The notes beneath the pieces are model-generated. The model did no database searches. It was not told the origin of the DNA and was given only the letters and a program-made list of their open reading frames with translations. Shown one piece after another: positions 40,510 to 51,116 of a DNA stretch of 64,000 bases. Position 1 is the first letter of the stretch. Each line of letters begins with the position of its first letter. The position numbers and the translations under genes are program-made. Origin of the DNA: a virus (lineage: Duplodnaviria > Caudoviricetes); IMG/VR virus record IMGVR_UViG_3300021431_004083, positions 187,550 to 251,549 of that record. One strand, written 5' to 3'.

Positions 40510-41559
40510 ATGTCACACAAAGAAACAACCACAGAAAACCTGCGTAAGCTTTACGATTCTGTTATTCTGTGCGAAAGAAACAAGCACGCTTTTGTCCAAA
40601 AGCAGATGAAGCCCGTTGTTGATGTACTCAAACAGCTACACGCAGCGCACAGCAATGACTTCAAATATATCAAAAGCATCCTCTATCAAATCCCCTACGG
40701 GATAACGCAATCGTGTATCAGCTTCACACCCGATAACAACGAACGTACCATCTTTATCAGAAGACCTCGCGGAAACGACAATGACGTACCGACTTTTGTC
40801 GTTAATCTCACACCGGGATTATACATCTCGGACGATGCTGAAGAAGATGTAATCAACTTCAAACATATGGCGGAACACAGGCACATATCCAACCTGAGCT
40901 TATTACAGCTGCGCATCACAATGGAGTCAAACGGATTTGACTGTCTCAATGTGACCGTATATAATCTCCCGCCGTCTCACCTGCGCAGCGACTTGGAGCC
41001 GACGAAAATAATGAGGTTCTCGACATTAGAGGAACCTGTAGAACTCACGCCTGAATACAACACAGACGTAGTTAAACACGGCTTTTCTATAACACGGCAT
41101 ATGCTGTTGTCTTTTGTAAACATTTTCGCCGATAACTTCGAAACGTTCGTTGAAAACTTTATCGACCAAGCACACGTCCATTACACTCGTCCGACTTTAC
41201 AGTTTGTTAAGTATGACGACGTTACGGACGACAACAAAACGGACGACAACAAAACAGATGTCGTGACCACAGAATCCGAAGAGCTGCTCAAAAAGCTCAA
41301 TTTCGACAAATTGAGCTATGAAGAAAAAGACGCCATCTACAGAGCAGTCTGGCTGAACCATGTGAAAAACGACATCAAAGCCTTCATCAAAGACGAAGAT
41401 GTCACCCTCACCGAAGACCAGATTGACTATATTGCACGTCTCTACGTATATGACGGTGAATATGACTGCAATCTCAGCTACTGGGATAACCTCAGTAACC
41501 TCATAAACGAAGAAAAACGAAGCACTTCAGTCTTAACAAAAGGAGGATTCCTGCCGTGA
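40510..41559 (+). CDS. hypothetical protein
   Basis: 349-aa ORF with RBS. Confidence 0.75.
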   Translation: MSHKETTTENLRKLYDSVILCERNKHAFVQKQMKPVVDVLKQLHAAHSNDFKYIKSILYQIPYGITQSCISFTPDNNERTIFIRRPRGNDNDVPTFVVNLTPGLYISDDAEEDVINFKHMAEHRHISNLSLLQLRITMESNGFDCLNVTVYNLPPSHLRSDLEPTKIMRFSTLEEPVELTPEYNTDVVKHGFSITRHMLLSFVNIFADNFETFVENFIDQAHVHYTRPTLQFVKYDDVTDDNKTDDNKTDVVTTESEELLKKLNFDKLSYEEKDAIYRAVWLNHVKNDIKAFIKDEDVTLTEDQIDYIARLYVYDGEYDCNLSYWDNLSNLINEEKRSTSVLTKGGFLP

Positions 41560-42302
41560 CCGAAAACACCAATAGAATCATTCCCGAGAACGTCCCCAAT
41601 GAGGACGTTCTCATCGTTCCCGAGGACAAAATCCTCGTTGACAAACACACAGTCACCTGCGCATACCTCGAAGCAAAGCTCAACGTCAAACGTGCATGTC
41701 TCAACGAAAAAATCAACATGGCAAACAACGCGAAGCTGAGCGAAACCCTCGACAACCATATCGTACGCATCGTAAACCAAGCAGTCATGGACGCCATTGA
41801 TAAACTGCATAACACATATAAGCTCATCGCGGAAGAAAAAGACCATCCCCGATATAACATCAAGATGTATATCGCGCTGCGCTTCAACAAACCTGTCCCC
41901 GACGTCAAGAACCTGATGCCGAATGAAAGCGCTGTGGGCGTCTCACCCGGCGCATACGAAATCGTCTTTACAGACGATACGGCAGTTCGATTTGACTTCC
42001 TCGATTCCTACGGAAACGTAGATAAAAACGATAACCATGTTATCGACTTCGAGCTTTGCAACTTCGACTGGGAAACCTTTTCTGATGAGGCTATTGTTCT
42101 CCCCGCAAAGCTGCTTGATAGAGAAATCAAGAAACTCTCAGAAGTCTTTGTATATATCAGCGGCGGCGATGTAGAGCTCGACGTTACTGCCGTAGACGCT
42201 ATGGCCTTTGTTGTCACTGACAACAAAACAGGCAAGGAAATTACTATCGATGTTCCCGATGACGTATGCGAAAACGCAGTCATCGAAACCGACGGTGACT
42301 GA
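41556..42302 (+). CDS. hypothetical protein; paralog of 39809-40495
   Basis: GTG start behind GGAGG. Confidence 0.7.
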   Translation: MTENTNRIIPENVPNEDVLIVPEDKILVDKHTVTCAYLEAKLNVKRACLNEKINMANNAKLSETLDNHIVRIVNQAVMDAIDKLHNTYKLIAEEKDHPRYNIKMYIALRFNKPVPDVKNLMPNESAVGVSPGAYEIVFTDDTAVRFDFLDSYGNVDKNDNHVIDFELCNFDWETFSDEAIVLPAKLLDREIKKLSEVFVYISGGDVELDVTAVDAMAFVVTDNKTGKEITIDVPDDVCENAVIETDGD

Positions 42303-42316
42303 AAAGGAGAAACACC

Positions 42317-42928
42317 ATGGATATCAAACGTCTTAACGAAATGCTCAGCGCTGTAAAAAGCGCTGAGCATACCGAAAAAGAAAAATATGAAAAGCAAAGT
42401 CAGCTCTTAGCTGATTTCGTCAGCGAAAATTTCGTCAAAACAGGAAAAGATAACGCTTGCATGGCAATCGAGCTTATCACCGATATCAAAAAGAAATTCA
42501 GAAAGTTTCTGAAAGAGACCGAATTTTCCGCATACACCACATACGGCGCCAAATGCTGCGTTCTGACACATTCTCTACCCGACCATGCCGCGCAGGAAAT
42601 CAACTACGCGCTCGCGACAGTCAACACCTCATACGGAAACAGAGAATACAACCATTCCGTAGCAATTTCCGAAAAAAGCTTTACTCTCTACGAGAACGAC
42701 ATCTTTTCCGTTTATCCGCATGTGCCTATAATGACATATGTATTCAAAACAAAGCAAATCCAGTTTGTTGAAAAATACAGACAGTCGACACATGATGAGA
42801 GAACGCTGCAATTGCAAATCGCATTAAGGCTTCTGGGACAGACTGTGACTTATATGGACGATATAATTAACCGTTTTTGCAATGATGCCGAAAAAGCTAT
42901 GTATCTGGCCAGCCGTAAACGTATTTAA
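42317..42928 (+). CDS. hypothetical protein
   Basis: AGGAG RBS. Confidence 0.7.
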   Translation: MDIKRLNEMLSAVKSAEHTEKEKYEKQSQLLADFVSENFVKTGKDNACMAIELITDIKKKFRKFLKETEFSAYTTYGAKCCVLTHSLPDHAAQEINYALATVNTSYGNREYNHSVAISEKSFTLYENDIFSVYPHVPIMTYVFKTKQIQFVEKYRQSTHDERTLQLQIALRLLGQTVTYMDDIINRFCNDAEKAMYLASRKRI

Positions 42929-42952
42929 GACTGCCGCGAAGGAGAAATTCCC

Positions 42953-43141
42953 GTGAAAAACAAGAAAACGAACAAACAATTCAAGGTAACAATACAGGAA
43001 GTAATAACAACTTGTATGTATATCGACGCCGAAGACACGGCTTCCGCAAGAACGGAAGCCGAGCGGCTTATCGAAAAAGGAGAGCGTGGGTACGAAATCG
43101 ATAATACGGCATACATTCAATCATGCTTGCTTGCTGAATAA
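42953..43141 (+). CDS. small hypothetical protein
   Basis: GGAG RBS; FKVTIQE...IDAED..SA pattern, similar to 50422-50631. Confidence 0.6.
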   Translation: MKNKKTNKQFKVTIQEVITTCMYIDAEDTASARTEAERLIEKGERGYEIDNTAYIQSCLLAE

Positions 43142-43221
43142 CCACAAAAAACATTTGCGGAGTTGAAGTGACAGAAAAAAAATCTCTGCTATGGCGGAAG
43201 AGAAGAAAGAGGGAGTCTGTC

Positions 43222-44034
43222 ATGAGGAACACAAACGCTAAGAAAATAGGAATCACAGAAAGAGGCGACGCAGGTCGCGATTTGTCATGGTATGACAAAA
43301 TGCTCATCGATGATACCATCGAAGGCGCTGTCATCATCACGAAGAACATAGACAGCGCCGATTTCCGTTCAAAGCTGCTTGATATGCACAAGAACGGTAA
43401 GCCCTGCATTCTGCATGCCACCGTCACAGGTTGGGGTTTCTCTCCGATGGAGCCTCGCGTCGCTACAATGGAAACCGCAATTGACCATATCAGAAAGGTC
43501 ATTGACGATGGCTTCCCTGCAGACCGCGTCGTTCTGCGTGTCGACCCGATTATTCCGACGCCTGAAGGCATTCAAAGAGCATACAGCGTCATAACACGGG
43601 CGAACGTCATCATCCCTGACGTCAAGCGTATCCGTATCAGCGTATACGATGACTATCATGGAGCTCGCGACGAAATGATAGCGAGAGGCTATGCTCCTAT
43701 CGACACCTTCGGCAAATGGAAAAACGAACAGGAGCGCCGTCCGTCCCGGACCGCGATTCAGAGCATCATCAAGATGCTCATCCAAACAAACAATGTCGGC
43801 ACACGTATCTTCGAATGCTGTGCCGAGCCTGAACTCGCGAAAGCTCATCCGAGCATCTTCGTCGAACAGGGATGCGTGTCCGAACAGGACTACCTCCTGA
43901 TGGGGCTTGTCCCTCCGCTCTCGCTCCCGAACAAGTACGCCCGTTTCGGCTGCAAATGTCTTTCTACAAAGAAAGAATTGCTGACCGAAAGAAAGCCCTG
44001 TCCGAACAACTGTGCCTACTGCTACTGGCGGTAG
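43222..44034 (+). CDS. DUF1848-like Fe-S protein
   Basis: ITKN, TVTGWG..MEP, LRVDPII, CAE, GCKC and C-terminal CPNNCAYCY. Confidence 0.7.
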   Translation: MRNTNAKKIGITERGDAGRDLSWYDKMLIDDTIEGAVIITKNIDSADFRSKLLDMHKNGKPCILHATVTGWGFSPMEPRVATMETAIDHIRKVIDDGFPADRVVLRVDPIIPTPEGIQRAYSVITRANVIIPDVKRIRISVYDDYHGARDEMIARGYAPIDTFGKWKNEQERRPSRTAIQSIIKMLIQTNNVGTRIFECCAEPELAKAHPSIFVEQGCVSEQDYLLMGLVPPLSLPNKYARFGCKCLSTKKELLTERKPCPNNCAYCYWR

Positions 44035-44070
44035 GCACGACGCCACCCCATAACAAAAAAGAAAGGACAT

Positions 44071-44277
44071 ATGCCTATGTCTAAACGCACCATCCCTTTG
44101 AAAATCACAATCCACGTTGATATCAACGAAACGGATGTCGAGGAACTCGAAAAGACGATTACCCATCATATCGAAAATTTCGTCGACCTCGATGCTTGGC
44201 CCGAAATCGAACGTGTCTATGACTGCTCCATTGAACGTCAAACAGAGCCTGACACTGCAAAAAGAAAGGGTGATTGA
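44071..44277 (+). CDS. small hypothetical protein
   Basis: RBS and coupling to the next gene. Confidence 0.6.
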   Translation: MPMSKRTIPLKITIHVDINETDVEELEKTITHHIENFVDLDAWPEIERVYDCSIERQTEPDTAKRKGD

Positions 44278-44278
44278 T

Positions 44279-44683
44279 ATGCTCCTCACGAGAGACCGCT
44301 GCGATATCAAACCGAACGAGACCTACTATCTCGTTATCATCGGCAACAAGTATCCTATCCGTGTTACGACACGCAATGACGTTCCTGACAATCTTGAACA
44401 TCCGTGGAACTATCTTGTCGTCTATGATTTGCAAAACAACTTCCAGAAAGACACGTACGATGTCAAACCGGCACAACTGTTCAAAAGCCTCAAAGACGCC
44501 GAAACCTTTGCCGTACAAATGTACGAAGAACTCGCGTCAGTCTACAGAAGCCAATGCGAAGACCTTCCGTCTCTCCTTACGTTTTCTGTAAACCACGACC
44601 TTGTTAACAACATTTGTGCTCGCAATATATATATTGAACAAACCAAAAAGCTTCTGGGCCTGACAATCAAACCCAGACGCTGA
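44279..44683 (+). CDS. hypothetical protein; paralog of 39058-39462
   Basis: start refined to MLLTRD. Confidence 0.65.
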   Translation: MLLTRDRCDIKPNETYYLVIIGNKYPIRVTTRNDVPDNLEHPWNYLVVYDLQNNFQKDTYDVKPAQLFKSLKDAETFAVQMYEELASVYRSQCEDLPSLLTFSVNHDLVNNICARNIYIEQTKKLLGLTIKPRR

Positions 44684-44708
44684 CTCACAGAAAAAGAAAG
44701 GAGGAAAC

Positions 44709-45275
44709 ATGCCGAACAAAACAATCTTCGCTGAAATGTTCCGCAAAACAGCAATACACACAGAGAAGAAAAAACATAAGACATATACCGTCCTTGACGT
44801 TGCGGGATATATCATCAATACAAATCTCGACAACGGGATTTCCATGACTTACAGACGTCTGAACCTGTTCCTGTATTTCGCCCAGATACAAAGCTTCATT
44901 TCAACGAACCATCCCATTTTTAATGGAAGCATGTACCTCAAAAACAGCATGCCATGCACTCCGTACGGCGAAAATCACTGGAAAAGTTTCCTCAACTTTC
45001 CTTTGTCGCGCATCACAACCTATTGGGACACATCAAAAGGCATCCTGCAAATCAACAAAAAGCCGTTCTGTCCGCACATCACAATGTATGACAGAGAGCT
45101 GCTTGACGATGTCATCAAAACGCTGAATAGTTATTCAACAAAAGCTTTGACGGGCATCTTCAAATCCCACGACATCTACAGAAAGGCTCTCGTATACTAT
45201 GACCACGAGATAACGTGGAAAATGATGTGTGACTACATTAAACAGTTACCGAAAATCTCTACTGACGTAGGGTAG
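44709..45275 (+). CDS. second Panacea/SocA (DUF4065)-like protein
   Basis: YTVLDVAGYII, RRLNLFLYFAQ, PIF and YSTKAL...H motifs. Confidence 0.65.
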   Translation: MPNKTIFAEMFRKTAIHTEKKKHKTYTVLDVAGYIINTNLDNGISMTYRRLNLFLYFAQIQSFISTNHPIFNGSMYLKNSMPCTPYGENHWKSFLNFPLSRITTYWDTSKGILQINKKPFCPHITMYDRELLDDVIKTLNSYSTKALTGIFKSHDIYRKALVYYDHEITWKMMCDYIKQLPKISTDVG

Positions 45276-45387
45276 AGATCAGGCAATCTAATATAAAAAT
45301 ACAATCTCTGCTAAAGCAGAGAAACGGAAGCAAAGAAGTGCTACGCTGCACAAGAAACGCAAGCAGAGAAAGAAAGGAAATACGGTA

Positions 45388-45984
45388 ATGGCAAAAAGTA
45401 CAACGCCTACGTACACATCAACAACAGATATAGCAGCACCGCGCCCTCGAAAACTCCAAGGTTGTGTCGGAATCTTAAACGGGGAATATGTGGCTGATAT
45501 CACCTTTGAAAAAGGAATCATATCAGCAACAGACCCCTGCTTCAACAGCGATGCGTGGTGTCGCAAAGACAACATCAAAATCGTCCCCGGAGACTATCAA
45601 GTCAACACCTATACCGATGATAACGGAAGGGTAACGATTCTCCAAATCATCTTAAAGGACCAATCTGTCATTGACAGATTCAATAGTAAGTCCGAGAACA
45701 TCAACAAATCATGGCGAACAATAACAGAAAACATTGGCGTCGACGCAGGTCTTTGCGGTTTCTTTCAGGACAAGCCTGACTTCACCGATGAGGAATGGAC
45801 AGACTTCCGTCAAAACATCAGCTATGACGGTGACGGCAACCTATGGAAAGGCAAAAGACCGAACGAAAAAGGATTCTTCACAGAATCCGGTTACGGTGAC
45901 GGCATATATTCCTGCCACGCTATTCGTATGGCGGTCGGTAACAGAAAAACGCCGAGAATTGTAGCGTTAGAACTCAGATTCTAA
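45388..45984 (+). CDS. DUF4241-like protein
   Basis: TDPC, PGDY, IGVDAGLCGF and SGYGDGIY motifs. Confidence 0.6.
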   Translation: MAKSTTPTYTSTTDIAAPRPRKLQGCVGILNGEYVADITFEKGIISATDPCFNSDAWCRKDNIKIVPGDYQVNTYTDDNGRVTILQIILKDQSVIDRFNSKSENINKSWRTITENIGVDAGLCGFFQDKPDFTDEEWTDFRQNISYDGDGNLWKGKRPNEKGFFTESGYGDGIYSCHAIRMAVGNRKTPRIVALELRF

Positions 45985-45997
45985 ACAAAAATTCATA

Positions 45998-46028
45998 ATT
46001 CCGCAGAGGCAAAACAGTCTCTGCGGAA
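45998..46028 (+). repeat. TTCCGCAGAG/CTCTGCGGAA hairpin, module H (also at 61626-61657 and 63188-63219; half copy at 59916-59933)
   Basis: conserved inverted repeat lying just after a stop codon or just before the TCAGTCAATC box. Confidence 0.8.
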
Positions 46029-46046
46029 CACTTTTCAATCAAATTT

Positions 46047-46448
46047 TCAGTCAATCATATAATTAAAATGCGATATGAAACAATCTCTGCTAAACAGTAC
46101 CGTTGAATGTCAGTGCTCGCAGAGCGTACATTAAACAAAGATGTGCTAAACAGTATCGCAAAATATCGGTGCTTGCAAAGTATAAGGTTCAAAATTGACA
46201 AATTATGACCTTTCGGTCTATACTGAGTCTATTTAAACACAATTTCAGTCAATCATATAATTAAAACACGGTGTAAAATAATCTCTGCTAAATAGTACCG
46301 TCAAATATTGGTACTTGCAAAGAGCTATGTGTTTTTCGGCATGACTGCTAAATAATACCGTCAAACGTCAATACTCGCAAGGTGCAGAGGATTGTGAATA
46401 GTTGGTTCGACAGCTAAACAATACCGTTAAATGTCGATACTTGCAAAG
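46047..46448 (+). repeat. two mini-arrays of a 37-nt hairpin repeat (copies at 46088, 46144, 46286, 46346, 46412), each array led by TCAGTCAATC-N25-AATCTC
   Basis: consensus TGCTAAAYAGTACCGTCAAATRTCGGTRCTTGCARAG; spacers of 19, 23 and 29 nt. Confidence 0.85.
46195..46224 (+). promoter_or_regulatory. sigma-A-like promoter between the two arrays
   Basis: TTGACA-18 bp-TATACT. Confidence 0.55.
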
Positions 46449-46465
46449 GAAAGGGAATCAACATC

Positions 46466-47065
46466 ATGAACGAAAAAATCACAGAAATGCTCGATACTAC
46501 CATCGAGACCTTACGCCATATCAACGCAGACGCAACAAGCATCTTCAACGTCATTCTGAACATCTGGGTGACGGCAATCCATAACAACAACGACATTTTG
46601 GTCAGGCTTTTCACCTTACGTAAGGAGCTTATGAGACTTCCATACGCCGACAGTCTTGTACCGTTGAAGCTCAGCTTCAACGATAACGGCACGACATACG
46701 TAATACTCCTTCATTTCGCAACTGAAATGATTGAACTCAGAGCACATGACGCCGCGACCAATGCCGAAGAGTTCAGTGTCCTTATCACCAATGAGCCCAC
46801 AGGGTACAGACTGAACCTTACTTGGTTCGGTAAATACGAAAACGCCATCACGGCGATATTGACACCGAATACTACGGTGACAGAGCCTTTGCCTGCAGAA
46901 CTGCGTGATATAAAAGGCATCGCATCTTTGTCCAACATGTATAAGCTCCAGAACAAGCTGTACAGAACAATCCACGTTTACAAAAAGACCATTACAGAAA
47001 AGCTGATTTCTCAGCTGAAATGGTACACGGACGCCGAGACATTAATCGAATCGGAATCACGCTAA
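46466..47065 (+). CDS. hypothetical protein
   Basis: RBS directly follows the last repeat. Confidence 0.7.
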   Translation: MNEKITEMLDTTIETLRHINADATSIFNVILNIWVTAIHNNNDILVRLFTLRKELMRLPYADSLVPLKLSFNDNGTTYVILLHFATEMIELRAHDAATNAEEFSVLITNEPTGYRLNLTWFGKYENAITAILTPNTTVTEPLPAELRDIKGIASLSNMYKLQNKLYRTIHVYKKTITEKLISQLKWYTDAETLIESESR

Positions 47066-47097
47066 AAAAGAGAAACTCTCCTGTAGCAAACACAATT

Positions 47098-47164
47098 TCA
47101 GTCAATCATATGATAAAAAACAATCTCTGCTGAATAGTACCGTCAGATGTCGGTGCTCGCAGAG
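47098..47164 (+). repeat. leader box plus single 37-nt repeat
   Basis: TCAGTCAATC-N14-AATCTC, repeat at 47128-47164. Confidence 0.85.
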
Positions 47165-47211
47165 GCGCACGAAATGATTCACCAATTAAAAAAAAGAAGA
47201 AAAGGAAAAGA

Positions 47212-47700
47212 ATGATGTTATCCAAAGACACTATCAAAAAAGCAATCAATGACGGAATCATCACTTTCGTCGCTGACCCTACAGCTGAGAGCGGCACCGT
47301 CTGTAAAATCGGTAACAACTGGTTCTACTTCGGCGGACAGACGGCTGAACAATACAATCCTAATGACTACCTGAGGTATGCCGATATTGATGATATCGTC
47401 AACAATATCTACGAAGTGCTTGATGAGTTTTCAAGACTGGACATGTTCCATGACGAATATCTCTATTATGAAGCCTATATCACGCATAACCTAAAGGTCA
47501 AGAATGACACCATCACAGTTGAAGCTGACAATATCGACAAGGCTGAATACGATATTCTGCTCCTCAACGTCGATATGAAGCTTCCGTGGTCTGACTTACT
47601 CCAAAGAGTCAAAACACCCAATCTGTCATTGACAGACGCTGCCGTACTCTACGGGCGTATTATATCAAGACCGATAAACAGGGAGGCTACAAATGTCTAA
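47212..47700 (+). CDS. hypothetical protein
   Basis: ORF with RBS. Confidence 0.7.
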   Translation: MMLSKDTIKKAINDGIITFVADPTAESGTVCKIGNNWFYFGGQTAEQYNPNDYLRYADIDDIVNNIYEVLDEFSRLDMFHDEYLYYEAYITHNLKVKNDTITVEADNIDKAEYDILLLNVDMKLPWSDLLQRVKTPNLSLTDAAVLYGRIISRPINREATNV

Positions 47701-48313
47701 AATCTATAATACCCGTCCCAAGCTTATCACGCCGGGTTCATTCTTTTTCGAGCCGAACAAAGACTATAATCTTGAAAACATAGAGAACAGTCTGCTCGTT
47801 CCGGCAAACGTCACATTCGCAACACTAATAGGATATAACGGTATCGTAACACTCGAAACACGCGGTTCAATTTACATTGAATACGTATCACCTAACGAAC
47901 CGTACTCCGTAAAAGAGTTCACTGACCCGTCAGAATATCCTGAAGAGCTGAAAGAGATATTCAAAACCAATGACGTTGATAAATTTGTCAAATATGTTAA
48001 CGTCATCAACAGCAACTGGTTCGAGATATTTTATCAGCCGTTCGACGCAGACGGAAATCTGACGCCCAGTATCAGTTCATTTGATATCGACGCGGAAGGT
48101 CTCAACGAAAGAGACATCTTTGAAGAAATGCGTAAGTATTACATTGAACAGCAGTCAGAAAACGAGACAGAAAACAACCGAAAAGAAGTTTTCTATTGTA
48201 ACTGTTGCGGCGAAGAATTCACATCAAATAACGACACCGTTATCTGTCCGAACTGCGGTTGCGAATATGACGAAGATAACAACTTCATCGAAAAATATTA
48301 CACTAAAAATTAA
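47693..48313 (+). CDS. hypothetical protein with C-terminal zinc ribbon
   Basis: CNCC...CPNC motif. Confidence 0.7.
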   Translation: MSKIYNTRPKLITPGSFFFEPNKDYNLENIENSLLVPANVTFATLIGYNGIVTLETRGSIYIEYVSPNEPYSVKEFTDPSEYPEELKEIFKTNDVDKFVKYVNVINSNWFEIFYQPFDADGNLTPSISSFDIDAEGLNERDIFEEMRKYYIEQQSENETENNRKEVFYCNCCGEEFTSNNDTVICPNCGCEYDEDNNFIEKYYTKN

Positions 48314-48345
48314 CAATCTCTACTATAATAAAGGAGTAAGTAGAT

Positions 48346-48840
48346 ATGCTCGTAAATAACGACATTCAGTCAATTCTCATCGAAAAGTTCGACAAAACAG
48401 ACCCCTGCACAAAAGAAGAAACCATTATTGCGTCCGGTGCGCCTGACGACATCAATCTGTCGGAAATCCTTGACAGACTGATTTTCAGTGCGGGACGTTT
48501 CTGCCAAAGATACGCATCCGATATGTTTATCTCATGGCAGTACGTACTCAACGCAATCAAAAACGGAACCGAGCCTCGTCAGGTGCTTATGCTCGCGACA
48601 AGACGCTTCGGCGTCGATGGGGATGACTTCATCATGTGCAATCTCGATAACATGCACCGTTATGCCGAAGTCTTCTTGATTGATATCAACAGGAAAAGCA
48701 GTCCGATTGAAGGCTTTGTTGACGTGACGCTGAAAACCGCTGTCGGGACATCATGGTTTCCCGCTGAAAAGTTAAGAGCCGCCAAAGACGCTCAGTTAAA
48801 AGCTGCCAAAGAGGCACAAAAGGAGAGCAAAAAATCATGA
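48346..48840 (+). CDS. hypothetical protein
   Basis: AGGAG RBS. Confidence 0.7.
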   Translation: MLVNNDIQSILIEKFDKTDPCTKEETIIASGAPDDINLSEILDRLIFSAGRFCQRYASDMFISWQYVLNAIKNGTEPRQVLMLATRRFGVDGDDFIMCNLDNMHRYAEVFLIDINRKSSPIEGFVDVTLKTAVGTSWFPAEKLRAAKDAQLKAAKEAQKESKKS

Positions 48841-48992
48841 ACGAAACCAAACTCAAAATCTATCCTGAAATAGGCGACGCCTATACGGTCACTGTCAACA
48901 TCCCTGAAAGCACAACCGACATCGAGGAATGGATTGACAGTTGGATAGATGACAATTTGAAACTCGTACAAAACTACGAGATTCTCGGCTAA
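48837..48992 (+). CDS. 51-aa acidic protein absent from the ORF track
   Basis: ATGA overlap with the upstream gene, AGGAG RBS, MNETKLKIYPEIG...YEILG. Confidence 0.6.
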   Translation: MNETKLKIYPEIGDAYTVTVNIPESTTDIEEWIDSWIDDNLKLVQNYEILG

Positions 48993-49007
48993 GAAAGAGA
49001 AGAGTCC

Positions 49008-49514
49008 ATGAAAGTCAACGTAGCACAATTCATGCTCAGTTGGACAGCCGCAAGCAATTATGAGCTTGAGCTGCCCGAGCACATTGATATTAACAACAGT
49101 GATGATATTGAAAAATATATTAATAGCATCATCAATTTTATCCCTGCGCCAAAAGACTCGATTGAAATCAGTCATACGAGAAAAATCATGGATAACATTC
49201 CCGTCAAAATTATTCAAAAAGAAGCCGGTATCAAAAACATCGGCACGGGAATCGTTTCGAACTGCCTATCCGTACCGCGCATGGAATTCGAAGAAACAGT
49301 CGAAACCATCTTCGGTCATAATTATATGCTGAAAACAGACGATACCGGCGTCAATCTCAAACAAACAAACCCCAAAAAGAAAAGCTTCGGGCAGACAATT
49401 CTGGACAAAGATTTTAAAGCCAGACTCTCAGCTTTTTACGGCAGCGAAATTGTCAGCATTACCCGTGTCAATACCAAAAAAGGCACAATGTATCAAATCA
49501 CATTCGAACCATGA
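49008..49514 (+). CDS. hypothetical protein
   Basis: ORF in the gene run. Confidence 0.65.
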   Translation: MKVNVAQFMLSWTAASNYELELPEHIDINNSDDIEKYINSIINFIPAPKDSIEISHTRKIMDNIPVKIIQKEAGIKNIGTGIVSNCLSVPRMEFEETVETIFGHNYMLKTDDTGVNLKQTNPKKKSFGQTILDKDFKARLSAFYGSEIVSITRVNTKKGTMYQITFEP

Positions 49515-49708
49515 CCGACTTTAATTATGACATCTTGATAATAAGCGGAGCTATTATTGAATTTGCGGCAATAATGGTCGGACTGATATTGCTATATAAA
49601 ATAGGCGAAGTCAGAGACAAGACCAAATTGACAATCTTTGCAATTGTCTGTTTCTTCTTTTACTATATGGTGTTCATCAATCCATTTGTACTTCAATTAT
49701 TCAGTTGA
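49511..49708 (+). CDS. small two-TM membrane protein
   Basis: hydrophobic; ATGA coupling. Confidence 0.55.
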   Translation: MTDFNYDILIISGAIIEFAAIMVGLILLYKIGEVRDKTKLTIFAIVCFFFYYMVFINPFVLQLFS

Positions 49709-49746
49709 AGCACAAATATTACAAAAAATCAACAGGAGACATTCAA

Positions 49747-50379
49747 ATGTACAATATCCATCTCAAGCTCAAAGGTCTTGATAGGAATAACGTAGCGTTT
49801 ATCCTTTCAATGCTGAACACAGACAAAATCAAAAAGGAATACACGCCTGAGCACGATTCGACGTTATGGAAAGACTATGTCTTCCACTATGAGTCGCATG
49901 ACGGGCTTATCCGAAAGAACGGCTACTACGAAATATTGACAAAAATCATTACCATTGTCATCGAACAGCTGCTTAACGGCACCGTCTCCGGCGTAGCTCC
50001 GTGTGACAAAGAATGGGAGTTGTATATCAATTTCAAAAGCATCCCACCGATAGACACCTTATGTGTGCTCCTGAGAGCCCTTGCTTTCTTTATCATCGAT
50101 TATGATATTCCCATAATCCCCGCAAGGACACAGCATGAAGACATCACAGGAGTCATGCGATTTTCATATACACTCACAGCAACAGTATCGCAGCTTGTGG
50201 TGGAAAACATACTCCCGTACGCAAGACTCATACAAATCCTGAAAACATATATCGACAACGACGCCGAATACTGCGAAACGTCTGTCGTATACGACAAACT
50301 TGCGCATATTTGCGGCTGTTCACTCGACGAAATCAAGGCTCTCGGGTATGAGTACACCATCCCTGAAACCAAAAATTAA
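49747..50379 (+). CDS. hypothetical protein
   Basis: start refined behind AGGAG. Confidence 0.65.
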   Translation: MYNIHLKLKGLDRNNVAFILSMLNTDKIKKEYTPEHDSTLWKDYVFHYESHDGLIRKNGYYEILTKIITIVIEQLLNGTVSGVAPCDKEWELYINFKSIPPIDTLCVLLRALAFFIIDYDIPIIPARTQHEDITGVMRFSYTLTATVSQLVVENILPYARLIQILKTYIDNDAEYCETSVVYDKLAHICGCSLDEIKALGYEYTIPETKN

Positions 50380-50421
50380 CATCAAACAACTATGATAAAC
50401 ACAAAGGAGAATTAAACAACG

Positions 50422-50631
50422 ATGCCAAACTTTTTCGTAACATACAATGTAGACGGGCAGATCACAATTCCTGTGGCTGCCGAGAACTTCGAAGACGCAA
50501 TCAAAGCTGCCGACAAAAAACTGAGAACCGTTGACGTCGGCAACCTTGAAGGCGCTGACTATGAATATGCGTATACCGATGACGACAACGGCACAACTGT
50601 TGACGTCAATTCTGATTCATTTCCGGATTGA
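50422..50631 (+). CDS. small acidic hypothetical protein
   Basis: AGGAG RBS. Confidence 0.65.
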   Translation: MPNFFVTYNVDGQITIPVAAENFEDAIKAADKKLRTVDVGNLEGADYEYAYTDDDNGTTVDVNSDSFPD

Positions 50632-50685
50632 TATTTCGGGGGAGTTGGTGCTGTGACAACTAAATTTTAATAGGAGGTCGCAGAA

Positions 50686-51072
50686 ATGGTTACTGTCACA
50701 AATATCCGAAAGGCTAAACCCGAAGATTTTGACGAAATTTGGGCTATCGTGCGCTCACTGAAATCCAAGTCATCATATCTCATACAAGTCCCGGAACTCA
50801 GTCCGTCATGGGATTTGTTCAAAACATATTTAAAACTGAGAGATGACGGCAACTGGAATAAACAAACGTTCGAGACAATCTATAAACCCAGATTTCTTTC
50901 ACAAATCGCAAATGACGCAACAGCGTCAAAAAAGCTGACAGAACTCATGCAAAAAGACAAGGAAGGCAAGAAAATCGCACTCGTGTGTTTCTGTACAAAC
51001 CCGTCCCTCTGTCATCGTAGTCTTATCGCACAAATATTAGCGAACTACGGCATTCAGACAACATTGTCTTGA
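50686..51072 (+). CDS. DUF488-family protein
   Basis: ELSPSWDLF...IALVCFC....CHRSLIA motif. Confidence 0.75.
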   Translation: MVTVTNIRKAKPEDFDEIWAIVRSLKSKSSYLIQVPELSPSWDLFKTYLKLRDDGNWNKQTFETIYKPRFLSQIANDATASKKLTELMQKDKEGKKIALVCFCTNPSLCHRSLIAQILANYGIQTTLS

Positions 51073-51116
51073 CAACTCTACAGCCATCAATACAAAAAAG
51101 AAAGGACTGTTCCTAT

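Noticed and set aside
41225-41254. 15-bp tandem duplication (TDDNK twice)
   Set aside because: Simple in-frame slippage in a linker.
43369-44310. 313-aa minus-strand ORF and similar long antisense ORFs (for example 19258-20016)
   Set aside because: Shadows of well-supported genes on the opposite strand.
46047-46056. TCAGTCAATC read as a minus-strand -35 box (TTGACT)
   Set aside because: No consistent -10 hexamer at 16-18 bp in the copies checked.
46125-46143. Spacer match CGTACATTAA to about 58080
   Set aside because: Only 10 nt, compatible with chance; no self-targeting claim can be made.
46047-46448. Canonical CRISPR array
   Set aside because: Repeats are degenerate, spacers are 19-29 nt and variable, runs have only 2-3 copies, and no cas genes were recognised; kept as an unexplained repeat family.
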